A stretch of 64,000 nt of DNA from an uncultured Chitinophagales bacterium (GTDB lineage: Bacteria; Bacteroidota; Bacteroidia; Chitinophagales; BACL12), in assembly GCA_964463165.1 (NCBI GenBank), contig CAYXBK010000017.1, positions 11,569-75,568 on the forward strand, given 5' to 3'. The position numbers and the translations under genes are program-made. This document shows, in pieces, positions 1 to 9,540 of this stretch. The notes under the pieces are model-generated. The model was given only the letters and a program-made list of their open reading frames with translations. It did no database searches and was not told the DNA's origin. Position 1 is the first letter of the stretch. Each line of letters starts with the position of its first letter.

Positions 1-603
1 ACAGAATACAGGGAAGTGCTTTGGAAAAGGGAAAAATCAAGAATGGAAACATATGGATTTACCTGGACAAATACCGGTTGGATAAATATTGACAGGGGAA
101 CGATACCAAAAACCTGGGGACCGAAAAAACTGGAAGTGGAAGTTGACAATGCCGTTGAAATGGACCGCACATATACTTATATCGTTTACACTTCCATTCA
201 AAGTATTTACCGTCTCAATTCTGATGACAGTGAGCCAACCAAATTTTATGTGGGAAACGAATATGAAAAAGAAATGCTGATGCCGAAAAAGCAACCGGCT
301 TTGATTGTTTCAGTTGGTTATAAAAATGAAGATCTTTTTATTGCTACAGATGAAATTGAAACCGGGTCTGTTGAGAAAGCAAAATTAAATTTGGAACATT
401 CAGATAAAAATCAGCTGGATAAAATTCTGGCCCCTTTTAGTTCATATAAAGATGAAAATCTCGTTTCAACCGATCTTGATTATCAGGCTAAACTATACAC
501 AGAAAAAATGCGTCAGCAAAAATTAATGAAGGAACAGGTTTATATAACCGGTCTATGGATTTTTGTTTATAACAGTTGTTGTAGTTATGCGGTAGAAAGA
601 TGA
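1..603 (+). CDS. hypothetical protein, C-terminal part (gene enters from the left window edge)
   Basis: Frame is open from base 1 (no stop before the GTG at 16) to TGA 601-603. No motif I recognise. Confidence 0.4.
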   Translation, partial: TEYREVLWKREKSRMETYGFTWTNTGWINIDRGTIPKTWGPKKLEVEVDNAVEMDRTYTYIVYTSIQSIYRLNSDDSEPTKFYVGNEYEKEMLMPKKQPALIVSVGYKNEDLFIATDEIETGSVEKAKLNLEHSDKNQLDKILAPFSSYKDENLVSTDLDYQAKLYTEKMRQQKLMKEQVYITGLWIFVYNSCCSYAVER

Positions 604-614
604 AACAAATTCAA

Positions 615-872
615 TCACTCACTTTCCTGAATCGACTGAATCTGATTCAGAATATCTTCTTTCAGTTTTTCGCTGCAGGGTTTGCGCTCCACTTTGGTGG
701 TGATAAATTCTTTGAAGGTTTGTTCGATATGATAATGATCGAGGCAGGATTTGCATCTGGTAATATCCATGATGAATAATTTTTTTTCATCGTCAGGTAT
801 TTCGCCGTCGAGGACGAGAAAAACCTTCTTCAAAAAATTGCGGCAGTCATGCTTGGGTAGTTGTTGTTCCAT
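615..872 (-). CDS. putative small zinc-finger anti-sigma factor (ZAS/RsrA-like)
   Basis: 85 aa, starts 4 nt after the stop of the ECF sigma gene. Has LDGEI...TRCKSCLDHYH with CxxC plus flanking His/Cys, typical position and size for a cognate anti-sigma. Confidence 0.55.
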   Translation of the reverse strand: MEQQLPKHDCRNFLKKVFLVLDGEIPDDEKKLFIMDITRCKSCLDHYHIEQTFKEFITTKVERKPCSEKLKEDILNQIQSIQESE

Positions 873-875
873 ATA

Positions 876-1460
876 TCACCTGTTTTCTTTAAATCCTTCT
901 TTCAGAGCGTATTCACGTAATTTTTCTTTTAATATATTTCTGGCCCTGTGAAGGCGTGATCGAACTGTCCCAATTGGAATATCGATAATTTTTGCAATTT
1001 CCTCATAACTGAACTCTTCAATATCACAGAGCAAAATTATCGTTTTAAAATCAACCGGCAACTCATTTAATGCTCTGGTAATTTCATCACCCAGCATACC
1101 CTGGAATAATTCCTGCCGCAAATCAAGATATTCTACATGCCCGTCATCGTCCGTATCATGATAACTTACAATTTCATCGTAATCAACTTTTGATGGTTGT
1201 TTTGATTTTCGACGATAATCGTTGATGAACGCATTCTTTAATATCTTGAAGAGCCATGCCTTTGCATTTGTGCCCTGTTGATACGAATCTATAAAGCGAT
1301 AGGACTTCAAAAAAGTTTCCTGCACAAGATCATTTGCATCATCTTCATTGTAAGTCAGGTGAAATGCGAAATTATAGAGTGCATCCGCATGCGGTAAAAA
1401 TTCCTTTTTAAAAATCCTGTCCCTTGTCTTTTTTGACGAATTTCCATTTTCCACGAGCAT
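876..1460 (-). CDS. ECF-type sigma-70 family RNA polymerase sigma factor
   Basis: Region 2 DLVQETFLKSY and region 4 HTH YEEIAKIIDIPIGTVRSRLHRARNILKEKL; 194 aa. Confidence 0.9.
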   Translation of the reverse strand: MLVENGNSSKKTRDRIFKKEFLPHADALYNFAFHLTYNEDDANDLVQETFLKSYRFIDSYQQGTNAKAWLFKILKNAFINDYRRKSKQPSKVDYDEIVSYHDTDDDGHVEYLDLRQELFQGMLGDEITRALNELPVDFKTIILLCDIEEFSYEEIAKIIDIPIGTVRSRLHRARNILKEKLREYALKEGFKENR

Positions 1461-1594
1461 AAAATTAGGCTTTTCACCTTATCTCGCAAAAAATATGCTT
1501 GTGCCGGCCAATTGTTTAATATTCCTGTAATTGCATACTTTTGATCCTAAACCTGACAAATATGGCGTGATCTTTACGAACCGACTGTCAAAAC

Positions 1595-2851
1595 ATGAGA
1601 TCCATACTCCGCGTTTTTCCCAACCGCTTTTTTGCATCCCTTGCCTTATTCGGCCTCATTGCCGGGCTCGTTACATCGAAACTGATGCTGAGTGTTGCCA
1701 CCATCACAATCATGTGCAATGCATTTATCAATATCAATGCAGCCGAAAATTTTAAAAAATGGTTCAGCGATAAAACCAATTTATTATTTATCGCCGTTTT
1801 CCTTATTTACCTTTTATCGGGAATATATTCCTCGGATTCCGCTTATTGGGTAGATCGTTGCAGAATGAAACTTCCGTTCATCGCAATTCCGCTCGGATTT
1901 ACCGCAATCAGAAAATTCACGAAAAAAACTTTTTTTATCTGGCTTGCCGTTTATTTTTATACGATCATAATTGCCTCGCTCCTGGTATTTATAAATTACC
2001 TTTTTCATTTTGAGGAATTTAATCAAAGGCTTTCGCAGGGCCAGCCGATACCAGCACCATTAAATGACCATATCCGCTTCAGTATTGAAATTGCATTTGC
2101 AATTATCACAGGTGTTTACCTCTATATGCATAACTATTTTCAAAAACGGACTCTTAAAATTTTTGCCGCGGCATGTATTTTATTTCTCATCATTTTTATT
2201 CATGTATTTGCCGTGCGCACCGGTATTGTTGCTTTATATCTGACCGTATTCGTTTTAATCTGCAGATGGATAATTATTAAAAAACAATATCTGCGTGCAG
2301 TTATTTCAATTGCCGGCATCGTACTTATCGCATTTTTATCCATTCAGTTTATTCCATCGCTGCACAACAGGATGGGTTATTTTAAATATGAACTGGATCT
2401 GATCAGAAAAGGTGAATTAAACCCCGAACACAGCGATGCGCAACGCATTCTCAGTATGGAATATGGAATGGCGATCGCAAAGAAAAATATTTTGATCGGA
2501 ACAGGTGCCGGAGATATTAAAAATGAAATGGATGCTTTATATCATCAACAGTCGGGCGATGTGAAATTAAAATCGAAATTGCCGCATAATCAGTTTATTT
2601 ACGTATTTGCTGCAACGGGCATAACGGGCCTGATCGTGTTTTTGATTTCTGTATTTTATCCCTGGTTTACCCAAAAAAGATATGAGCATGTGCTATTCAC
2701 TTCCTTCTTTTGTATCATCCTGTTTTCCTTTCTCACCGAACATACACTGGAAATTCAGATCGGAACTGCGTTTTATCTTTTATTTTTGCTGCTGATCAAA
2801 AAATATATTGACGATACAGCTTCAGAAAAAGAAATAACCGCTCATGCATAA
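1595..2851 (+). CDS. O-antigen ligase (Wzy_C/RfaL-like) family membrane protein
   Basis: Polytopic membrane protein with a large loop carrying GTGAGDIKNE...LPHNQFIYVFAATGITGLIVFL. 8-nt overlap with the downstream GT2 gene. Confidence 0.7.
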   Translation: MRSILRVFPNRFFASLALFGLIAGLVTSKLMLSVATITIMCNAFININAAENFKKWFSDKTNLLFIAVFLIYLLSGIYSSDSAYWVDRCRMKLPFIAIPLGFTAIRKFTKKTFFIWLAVYFYTIIIASLLVFINYLFHFEEFNQRLSQGQPIPAPLNDHIRFSIEIAFAIITGVYLYMHNYFQKRTLKIFAAACILFLIIFIHVFAVRTGIVALYLTVFVLICRWIIIKKQYLRAVISIAGIVLIAFLSIQFIPSLHNRMGYFKYELDLIRKGELNPEHSDAQRILSMEYGMAIAKKNILIGTGAGDIKNEMDALYHQQSGDVKLKSKLPHNQFIYVFAATGITGLIVFLISVFYPWFTQKRYEHVLFTSFFCIILFSFLTEHTLEIQIGTAFYLLFLLLIKKYIDDTASEKEITAHA

Positions 2852-3599
2852 GGTCACCGCCATCATACCATGTAAAAATGAAGCGCATAATATTGAAGCG
2901 GTGCTCGAATCTGTTAAATGGTGCGATGAGATTTTAATTGTTGATTCCTTCAGCACAGATGCAACATTAGAACTCGCCAAAAAATATACAAACCGGATCA
3001 TACAGCGGGAATATGTGAATTCCGCAAATCAGAAAAACTGGGCAATTCCGCAAGCCGCAAACGAATGGATCTTACTGGTTGACGCAGATGAGAGGGTAAC
3101 ACCGGAATTAAAAAATGAGATTCAGCAAATATTATCGTCGGGAGATATTGTTTTCGACGCATTTTCAATCGGCAGAAAAAATTTCTTTCTCGGCAAAGAA
3201 ATAAAATACAGCGGATGGCAAAGGGATAAGGTTATCCGCTTATTTAAACGTGATACATGCCGTTACGAGGAAAAACATGTGCATGCGGAAATTATTACCA
3301 ATGGAACTGTAGGCAAATTAAAAAATAAATTGCTTCACTATACCTATAAAGATATTTTTCACTATCTCGAAAAATGGGACCGCTATTCAACCTGGAGTGC
3401 AAATGATGCCGCAAATAAAATTCAAAATCCGAATTTATTTCACTTCATAGTAAAACCCGCTTTCCGTTTCTTCAAACATTATATTATTGATCTCGGATTT
3501 TTAGACGGTTATGCAGGATTTATTATTTGTTCGCTCGCAGCAAAAGGTGTGTTTATGCGGTATGTGAAATTGTACGGAATGAGGAAGAAATCTGATTAG
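2844..3599 (+). CDS. family 2 glycosyltransferase
   Basis: N-terminal AIIPCKNEAHNIEAVLESV...ILIVDSFSTDAT and LLVDADE (DxD) motifs. Confidence 0.85.
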   Translation: MHKVTAIIPCKNEAHNIEAVLESVKWCDEILIVDSFSTDATLELAKKYTNRIIQREYVNSANQKNWAIPQAANEWILLVDADERVTPELKNEIQQILSSGDIVFDAFSIGRKNFFLGKEIKYSGWQRDKVIRLFKRDTCRYEEKHVHAEIITNGTVGKLKNKLLHYTYKDIFHYLEKWDRYSTWSANDAANKIQNPNLFHFIVKPAFRFFKHYIIDLGFLDGYAGFIICSLAAKGVFMRYVKLYGMRKKSD

Positions 3600-3730
3600 C
3601 AAATCAGCTGATTAGCTGATGGGATTTTTAGATACTAAAAAATCATTTATCTTTTATCGAAAATATTTAATTTTTATAATTGTTACGCAAACGCATTTGC
3701 ACATTGGTAAATTGGTACATTGTTACATTT

Positions 3731-5017
3731 TCATTTAACAAACTTAATCACATATATCTCCTGCCGTTGGCTCACCACCATAAAATAAATACCGTCCGGA
3801 AAATCTGAAACATCAATTGAATAGGTTTTTACCGGTGGATAAAAATCAAATGTTTCGGCTTCAACCTGCTGACCAAGTGCATTATAAATCCAAAGTTCGA
3901 CATCGCGGTTGCGTGTGCTCGAAACTTCAATTAATATTTCATCGCCAACAGGATTCGGATAAACCGGTTGTATATATAATTCACCGTTGTTTGCAACGGC
4001 ACATCTCGATTTTCCGATGACTCTGTATATATCTTCACTTGCAACATCCGCACATAAAATATCTTTAATAAAATCTTTTGCATAATCAGCAATTGTGTCG
4101 GGAGGAGCAACGTCATGTCCGGCGCCTTCACCTGTATAAAAATGATACGTTTTATCCAGCTCATTGAATATGCGCACCTGCTCAAAACTTCCGTAAAGCG
4201 TTGGATATGTTACAGGTGTATAACAGGAAAATGTGGGACCTGCAAAATACGGAACAATGGAATCGCACGTTCCGTGGAAATAAAATGTGGGGTAATTTTT
4301 ATTATATAAAATTGTTGTGTCTTCTACACCGGCGGCTTCAAAAATCAATCCTTTTGGATCGAATGTATGATTATAAAAATCGAAAGTTGAAGAATCAATA
4401 CTGCCAAGTTCATCATAATACAGCGTATTAAAATCACTTTGTTCTGCGTATGATGCCCACAATAATAAATTGGAACCTGCACTGTTTCCTTCTACAAAAA
4501 TATAATTTGTATCAATCTCATAAATTGCAGCATTTGCTTTAATAAAACGGTATGCTGCTTTTGTATCCTGAATGCCCCTGTATTCCGCACGCATCAGATC
4601 AGCAATATCACCGTCGCAACCACCTTCTGTGCCGCTGTTCCACCCGACACGATAATCAATACTTACGAAAACAAAACCAAGCTGGGCATAAAGTAATCCG
4701 AGGTCGGCTGCACCTTCACTCTCTTTGCTTCCGCCAACCAATCCGCCGCCGTGTACAAAAAATATGCATGGTTTTAAATCAAGCGGATCTGCATCGGGCT
4801 TCGGACGGTATACGTCAAGATGCAATTCCTCCAGGTTGCCGAGATTGTTTACGGCAAGTCCGTATTGAATATTTGAAATGAGTTCTGTTTGTGATGCGGG
4901 AAATAAAAAATCCGTGAAGCGGTCGCCTGAACAATAATCCTGTGCAAGCGAATACGAAACCGGTAAGAATAAAATAATTGAAAGAATAATTTTTATCCGC
5001 TTCATCTGCCTGTTCAT
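3731..5017 (-). CDS. secreted alpha/beta-hydrolase (carboxylesterase/lipase type) with T9SS C-terminal sorting domain
   Basis: Signal peptide, HGGG oxyanion motif (FFVHGGGLVGG), GxSxG elbow (GNSAGSN). Last ~80 aa VYPNPVGDEILIEV...GIYFMVV resemble the T9SS CTD. Confidence 0.75.
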   Translation of the reverse strand: MNRQMKRIKIILSIILFLPVSYSLAQDYCSGDRFTDFLFPASQTELISNIQYGLAVNNLGNLEELHLDVYRPKPDADPLDLKPCIFFVHGGGLVGGSKESEGAADLGLLYAQLGFVFVSIDYRVGWNSGTEGGCDGDIADLMRAEYRGIQDTKAAYRFIKANAAIYEIDTNYIFVEGNSAGSNLLLWASYAEQSDFNTLYYDELGSIDSSTFDFYNHTFDPKGLIFEAAGVEDTTILYNKNYPTFYFHGTCDSIVPYFAGPTFSCYTPVTYPTLYGSFEQVRIFNELDKTYHFYTGEGAGHDVAPPDTIADYAKDFIKDILCADVASEDIYRVIGKSRCAVANNGELYIQPVYPNPVGDEILIEVSSTRNRDVELWIYNALGQQVEAETFDFYPPVKTYSIDVSDFPDGIYFMVVSQRQEIYVIKFVK

Positions 5018-5058
5018 TCTGCTGCAAAGTTAATAGGAGTGAAGAAGAATATTTATTT

Positions 5059-6657
5059 TCAAAACAGGCTGTCTTCCACCCAATGCGATTTTTCAGGATA
5101 ATCAGTTGTAAAATGTAAGCCGCGGCTTTCTTTTCTTGCCTGTGCACCACGGGTAATTAAAAATCCGATTGTAATTAAATTGCGCAATTCACAAAGCTGC
5201 GGTGAGATCGTAGTTGTTTCATACATTTTTTCCGCTTCTTCATATAATAAATGCAAACGCACAAGTGCCCGTTCAAGTCTTTCATTACTGCGCACAATGC
5301 CTACATAGTTTGTCATGATCTCTTTTAATTCGCGAATGCTCTGCGTGATCATCACCATTTCTTTCGGATCATTTGTTCCTTCGGCATTCCAATCCGGAAT
5401 TTCATTCATGAATTCCACTTCATGAATCTGTTTTGAAGCATCTTCATAAATACGGTGTGCAAATACGAGTGCTTCAAGCAATGAATTACTTGCAAGTCTG
5501 TTTGCACCATGCAAACCGGTGCAGGTGCATTCACCGCAGGCATATAAGTTTTGAATTGTTGAATGGCCGAATGCATCTGTCATAATTCCGCCACACATAT
5601 AATGCGCTGCGGGCACAACCGGAATAAATTGTTTTTCAATATCAATTCCAACTGATTTACAGTATTCAAGGATATTCGGAAAATGATTATGCAATTCTTC
5701 CGCAGGAATTTTTGTACAATCGAGATAAACAAAATCATCTCCACGCAATTTCATTTCATTGTCGATGGCTCTTGCAACAATGTCTCTTGGTGCAAGAGAT
5801 TGGAGTTCATGATATTTCTGCATGAATTCATTTCCATCCGCATCACGCAAAATTGCACCCGACCCGCGAATTGCTTCCGTAATTAAAAAGGAGGGCGATA
5901 CACCGGGTTGATATAATGATGTTGGATGAAATTGCACAAATTCCATATTTGCCACTCTTCCTTTTGCACGATACACCATCGCCATTCCGTCACCTGTTGC
6001 AATAACGGGGTTGGTTGTATTTTTATACACCTGCCCTGCTCCGCCCGTTGCCATAATTGTGATTTTCGCAAGAATTTTTTCGATGGATTTATTTTTTTTG
6101 TTCAGCACATACACACCATAGCAGGTAATATCCGGTGTATGCCGTGTTACAATTCTGCCGAGATGATGTTGCGTGATGATATCAATAACAAAATGATGTG
6201 TAAAGGTTGTAATATTCGGAAGCGAGTTTGCTTCATCGATCAATGTTTTTTCAATTTCTTTTCCGGTAACATCTTTATGATGCAACACTCTAAATTCGCT
6301 GTGGCCACCTTCCCGCCCCAAAGCATAATCACCGGTTTTTGTTTTATCGAAATCTGCCCCCCAGTTGATTATTTCACGTACACGTTCAGGGCCTTCCTTT
6401 ACAACAATTTCAACGATCTCTTTTTTGCAAAGGCCGTCGCCGGCAATTAAAGTATCTTCTATATGTTTTTCGAAACTGTCTTTTTCAAAATCCCAGACAG
6501 CAGCAATACCGCCCTGTGCATATTTTGTATTTGTTTCGTCTTCTTCCGCTTTTGTAATGATTGTAATTGTTTTATCCGGAAACCGCTTTGCCGTTTTCAG
6601 GGCGAATGTTAAACCCGCTATTCCCGAACCGATCACAAGAAAATCTGTTTGATGCAT
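5059..6657 (-). CDS. nadB: L-aspartate oxidase
   Basis: MHQTDFLVIGSGIAGLTFAL FAD-binding fold, RGSGAILRD, HYMCGGI, RKESRGLHF. Start moved to ATG 6657 because the 585-aa ORF extension overlaps the divergent DinB gene and precedes the GxGxxG motif. Confidence 0.9.
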   Translation of the reverse strand: MHQTDFLVIGSGIAGLTFALKTAKRFPDKTITIITKAEEDETNTKYAQGGIAAVWDFEKDSFEKHIEDTLIAGDGLCKKEIVEIVVKEGPERVREIINWGADFDKTKTGDYALGREGGHSEFRVLHHKDVTGKEIEKTLIDEANSLPNITTFTHHFVIDIITQHHLGRIVTRHTPDITCYGVYVLNKKNKSIEKILAKITIMATGGAGQVYKNTTNPVIATGDGMAMVYRAKGRVANMEFVQFHPTSLYQPGVSPSFLITEAIRGSGAILRDADGNEFMQKYHELQSLAPRDIVARAIDNEMKLRGDDFVYLDCTKIPAEELHNHFPNILEYCKSVGIDIEKQFIPVVPAAHYMCGGIMTDAFGHSTIQNLYACGECTCTGLHGANRLASNSLLEALVFAHRIYEDASKQIHEVEFMNEIPDWNAEGTNDPKEMVMITQSIRELKEIMTNYVGIVRSNERLERALVRLHLLYEEAEKMYETTTISPQLCELRNLITIGFLITRGAQARKESRGLHFTTDYPEKSHWVEDSLF

Positions 6658-6715
6658 ATGGCGAAGGTACTGCCTCCGTTGAAAATATTTAATTTTAATT
6701 ATGTAAATCAATTTT

Positions 6716-7246
6716 ATGCAACAAACCGAATGGACAAAGCGGACGTTCAATTTTGATTTCCCTGCAGGATTATTTCCGGTAATCATTGGAAGAATTAAAG
6801 GAGCGTATCCACGCATTGCAGATTTAACGGAAGATATTTCAAAAAGAAAACTGATCGAACAACCAAATGGAAAATGGAGTATCCAGGAACATATCGGTCA
6901 TTTGACGGATCTTGAAGAATTACACCGGGGAAGGATCGATGATTTTAAAAATGGTGAAAAAACGTTGCGTGCCTGGGACGGATTAAATCTGAAAACGAAA
7001 GAAGCACATCATAACGAAAAAAGCATTGAAACAATACTTGATGATTTTTATAATGTGCGCTCCGAATTTATTGATGCATTGCTTTCATTTACAGATAATG
7101 AATTAATCCGGACCGCCATCCATCCGCGATTAAATATTCCAATGCGTGTGGTCGATATGGCTTTTTTTGTCGCGAACACGACGACCATCATATTGCAAAA
7201 ATTATTGAGATCAAATTGTCTTAATTTTTTTTATCCGTCCCGATAA
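6716..7246 (+). CDS. DinB-family (DinB_2-like) protein, 3' end apparently frameshifted
   Basis: HIGHLTDLEELHRGRI N-terminal His motif. The expected C-terminal EHDDHHIAKIIEIKLS* is encoded in another frame (7171-7224) after a T7 run at 7162-7168. Confidence 0.7.
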   Translation: MQQTEWTKRTFNFDFPAGLFPVIIGRIKGAYPRIADLTEDISKRKLIEQPNGKWSIQEHIGHLTDLEELHRGRIDDFKNGEKTLRAWDGLNLKTKEAHHNEKSIETILDDFYNVRSEFIDALLSFTDNELIRTAIHPRLNIPMRVVDMAFFVANTTTIILQKLLRSNCLNFFYPSR

Positions 7247-7287
7247 AATTTTTGGAACTGTCTCGGCTTCAGATTAATTTTAAAAGT

Positions 7288-7560
7288 ATGATACATAAAA
7301 AGATAATTATAACCGGAAATGTGCAGGGTGTATTTTTTCGTCAAACGGCTTTACAAAAAGCGCAGGAATTAAATATAAAAGGCTGGATTCAAAACGACCC
7401 TTCCGGAACAGTTACCGCATCTGTTGAAGGAAATGAAAATGATGTTGCAGAATTTATTAAATGGTGTCATCGCGGCCCGTCAGGCGCAACGGTGGAACAT
7501 GTAATTGAAGAATTAATGCCGGTTGAACATTTTTATCATTTTGAAATAAAGAGGATTTAA
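7288..7560 (+). CDS. acyP: acylphosphatase
   Basis: ITGNVQGVFFRQTALQKAQELNIKGWIQNDPSGTV signature; 90 aa from ATG 7288 (the listed ORF starts earlier at a non-ATG codon). Confidence 0.85.
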   Translation: MIHKKIIITGNVQGVFFRQTALQKAQELNIKGWIQNDPSGTVTASVEGNENDVAEFIKWCHRGPSGATVEHVIEELMPVEHFYHFEIKRI

Positions 7561-7600
7561 AAATCAGAAGCGATTAAATATTCAACAGACTCCCTTTTTC

Positions 7601-8170
7601 TCACTCCTTCCTTCTATATTCATACGTCGCTTCCATCGCTTCATAATATTCCTTCCCGTATTTTCTGATGATGGCATCTTTCACAAAACGGAATACCGGA
7701 ACGTTTAATTCTTTGCCATGTGTGCATGCAGGTTTGCAGATTTTCCATCGCTCATAATTCAATGCATCATGGCCATTTACTTTTGTAATGCGGATCGGAT
7801 ATAAATGGCAGCTCACCGGTTTTTTCCATTTTACTTTTTTATCGTAATATGCTCTTTCAATCCCGCATATTGCAATTCCGTTTTCATAATTAATATAGGC
7901 GCAGGGCCCGCCGTTGATCAATGGTGTTTTTAATTCGCCGTCTTCATTCGTCACATAATAACCCTGTTTTTCAACCGCTTTAATTCCTTCTTTGGTGAGA
8001 TATTTTTTTATTTTCGGATAGATGCGTTTTAATATTTTCGTTTCTTCTTTTTCGAGATAAGCGCCTTCATCACCTTCCACACAACAGGCACCTTTGCAGG
8101 CATCGAGATTGCAGACAAATTCCTTATCAAAAATATCATCGCTTACCAGCGTTTCCTGAATGATGATCAT
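7601..8170 (-). CDS. Cys-rich protein of the DUF3109 type
   Basis: LVSDDIFDKEFVCNLDACKGACCVEGDEGAYLEKEE and further conserved Cys. Size ~190 aa as in the Bacteroidota DUF3109 proteins I recall. Confidence 0.55.
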   Translation of the reverse strand: MIIIQETLVSDDIFDKEFVCNLDACKGACCVEGDEGAYLEKEETKILKRIYPKIKKYLTKEGIKAVEKQGYYVTNEDGELKTPLINGGPCAYINYENGIAICGIERAYYDKKVKWKKPVSCHLYPIRITKVNGHDALNYERWKICKPACTHGKELNVPVFRFVKDAIIRKYGKEYYEAMEATYEYRRKE

Positions 8171-8874
8171 GATGCAAATTTACCAATTAAAAAGATTGCC
8201 GGAATTTTCCCGGGCTCGGGTTTTTGTTTCCGCCATTCGGCAATTGTTTTTGTTTTGATTGATTCCTGCGGGCCTGTAAGATCGGTTGCAATACAAAAAG
8301 CTGTGGACGCCGCACATATTTGCAGAATGTCGTTGATCAATCCATTATTGCGATACGGCGTTTCAATAAATATTTGTGTCTCGCCCGAAGCAGCCTTTTG
8401 TTCCAGTTGCTGGATCTTTTTATTTCTTTCCGGTTGCCGCACAGGAAGATAACCGTGAAATGTAAATTGTTGTCCGTTTAAACCGCTTGCCATTAATGCA
8501 AGAATTATGGAAGAAGGGCCGCTCAGTGGAATTACCTGTATATTATTCTGATGCGCTTTGTGCACGAGCAAATGCCCCGGATCGGCAACGGCGGGCACAC
8601 CCGCTTCACTCATTAACCCGCAATCATTTCCTTTCAACAGATAATCAAGATAAGTTGAAATTGTTTCCGGAGAAGTATGTTCGTTGAGAGGCTGCAATAT
8701 TACTTCATCAAATGATTTTATAAATCCCGATTTGCGCAAATACCTGCGTGCCGTCCTCTCGTTTTCAACAAAAAAATGAGTGAGTGATTTTGTAATTTCA
8801 TGCACATAGGCCGGGATTACATGCACTGCATTTTCATTGAGCACGGTTGGTATCAGATATAATTTTCCGGGCAT
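8167..8874 (-). CDS. SAM-dependent methyltransferase, tetrapyrrole-methylase/RsmI-like fold
   Basis: LYLIPTVL N-terminus, SEAGVPAVADPG motif, 235 aa; 4-nt overlap with the downstream gene. Confidence 0.7.
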   Translation of the reverse strand: MPGKLYLIPTVLNENAVHVIPAYVHEITKSLTHFFVENERTARRYLRKSGFIKSFDEVILQPLNEHTSPETISTYLDYLLKGNDCGLMSEAGVPAVADPGHLLVHKAHQNNIQVIPLSGPSSIILALMASGLNGQQFTFHGYLPVRQPERNKKIQQLEQKAASGETQIFIETPYRNNGLINDILQICAASTAFCIATDLTGPQESIKTKTIAEWRKQKPEPGKIPAIFLIGKFAS

Positions 8875-8927
8875 CTCAAATATCTTTACAAACTATTTTT
8901 TGAAGAATACAATTGCTGTTAAACAGA

Positions 8928-9530
8928 ATGGCTAAACTACAAAAGGAATTTTATACCGGAACCGATACCGTAAAAATTGCAAAAGCGTTATTGGGTAAAT
9001 ATTTATGTTCGCGGATTGATGGTGTTTTAACCGAAGGAATTATTTGTGAAACCGAAGCATATTGCGGAGCTGAGGATCGCGGATGCCATGCATTTAATCG
9101 TCGTTTTACAGAGAGGACAAAAATTATGTATGCAGAAGGCGGTGTTGCCTATGTTTATCTCTGTTATGGGATCCATCAGTTATTTAATGTGGTTACGCAT
9201 GGAGAAAATGAGCCGCATGCAGTTTTGATCCGGGCCATTGAACCGGTTGAAGGAATTGAAGAAATGTTGTTGCGGTCGGGCAGAAAAAAATATTCGGAAA
9301 ATATGGGTGCGGGCCCGGGACTGGTTTCGCAATGTCTCGGTTTTAAAACAAATCATACCGGCGAATCGTTAATTGGGAATAAAATCTGGATTGAGGCCAG
9401 AGGGAAAGAATTAAAAAAATCAGAAATAATTGAGAGTGCGAGAGTGGGGATGAACTTTGAAGGGCCGTATAAATTAATTCCCTGGCGGTTCAGAATAAAA
9501 AATTCAAAATTTACTTCGAAGGCAAAATAA
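8928..9530 (+). CDS. DNA-3-methyladenine glycosylase (AAG/Mpg family)
   Basis: TEAYCGAEDRGCHAF, GGVAYVYLCYGIHQLFNVV, GPGLVSQCLG motifs. ATG at 8928 preferred over the TTG at 8913. Confidence 0.85.
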   Translation: MAKLQKEFYTGTDTVKIAKALLGKYLCSRIDGVLTEGIICETEAYCGAEDRGCHAFNRRFTERTKIMYAEGGVAYVYLCYGIHQLFNVVTHGENEPHAVLIRAIEPVEGIEEMLLRSGRKKYSENMGAGPGLVSQCLGFKTNHTGESLIGNKIWIEARGKELKKSEIIESARVGMNFEGPYKLIPWRFRIKNSKFTSKAK

Positions 9531-9540
9531 ATTCCTGCGA

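Noticed and set aside
5926-6450. 174-aa plus-strand ORF (and other 60-95-aa ORFs) inside nadB
   Set aside because: Antisense shadow of a well-supported gene; Cys/His/Phe-rich low-complexity translation with no motif.
6658-6816. N-terminal extension of the nadB ORF to 585 aa
   Set aside because: The extension precedes the FAD-binding GxGxxG start (MHQTDFLVIGSG) and overlaps the divergent DinB-family gene, so it is almost certainly untranslated.
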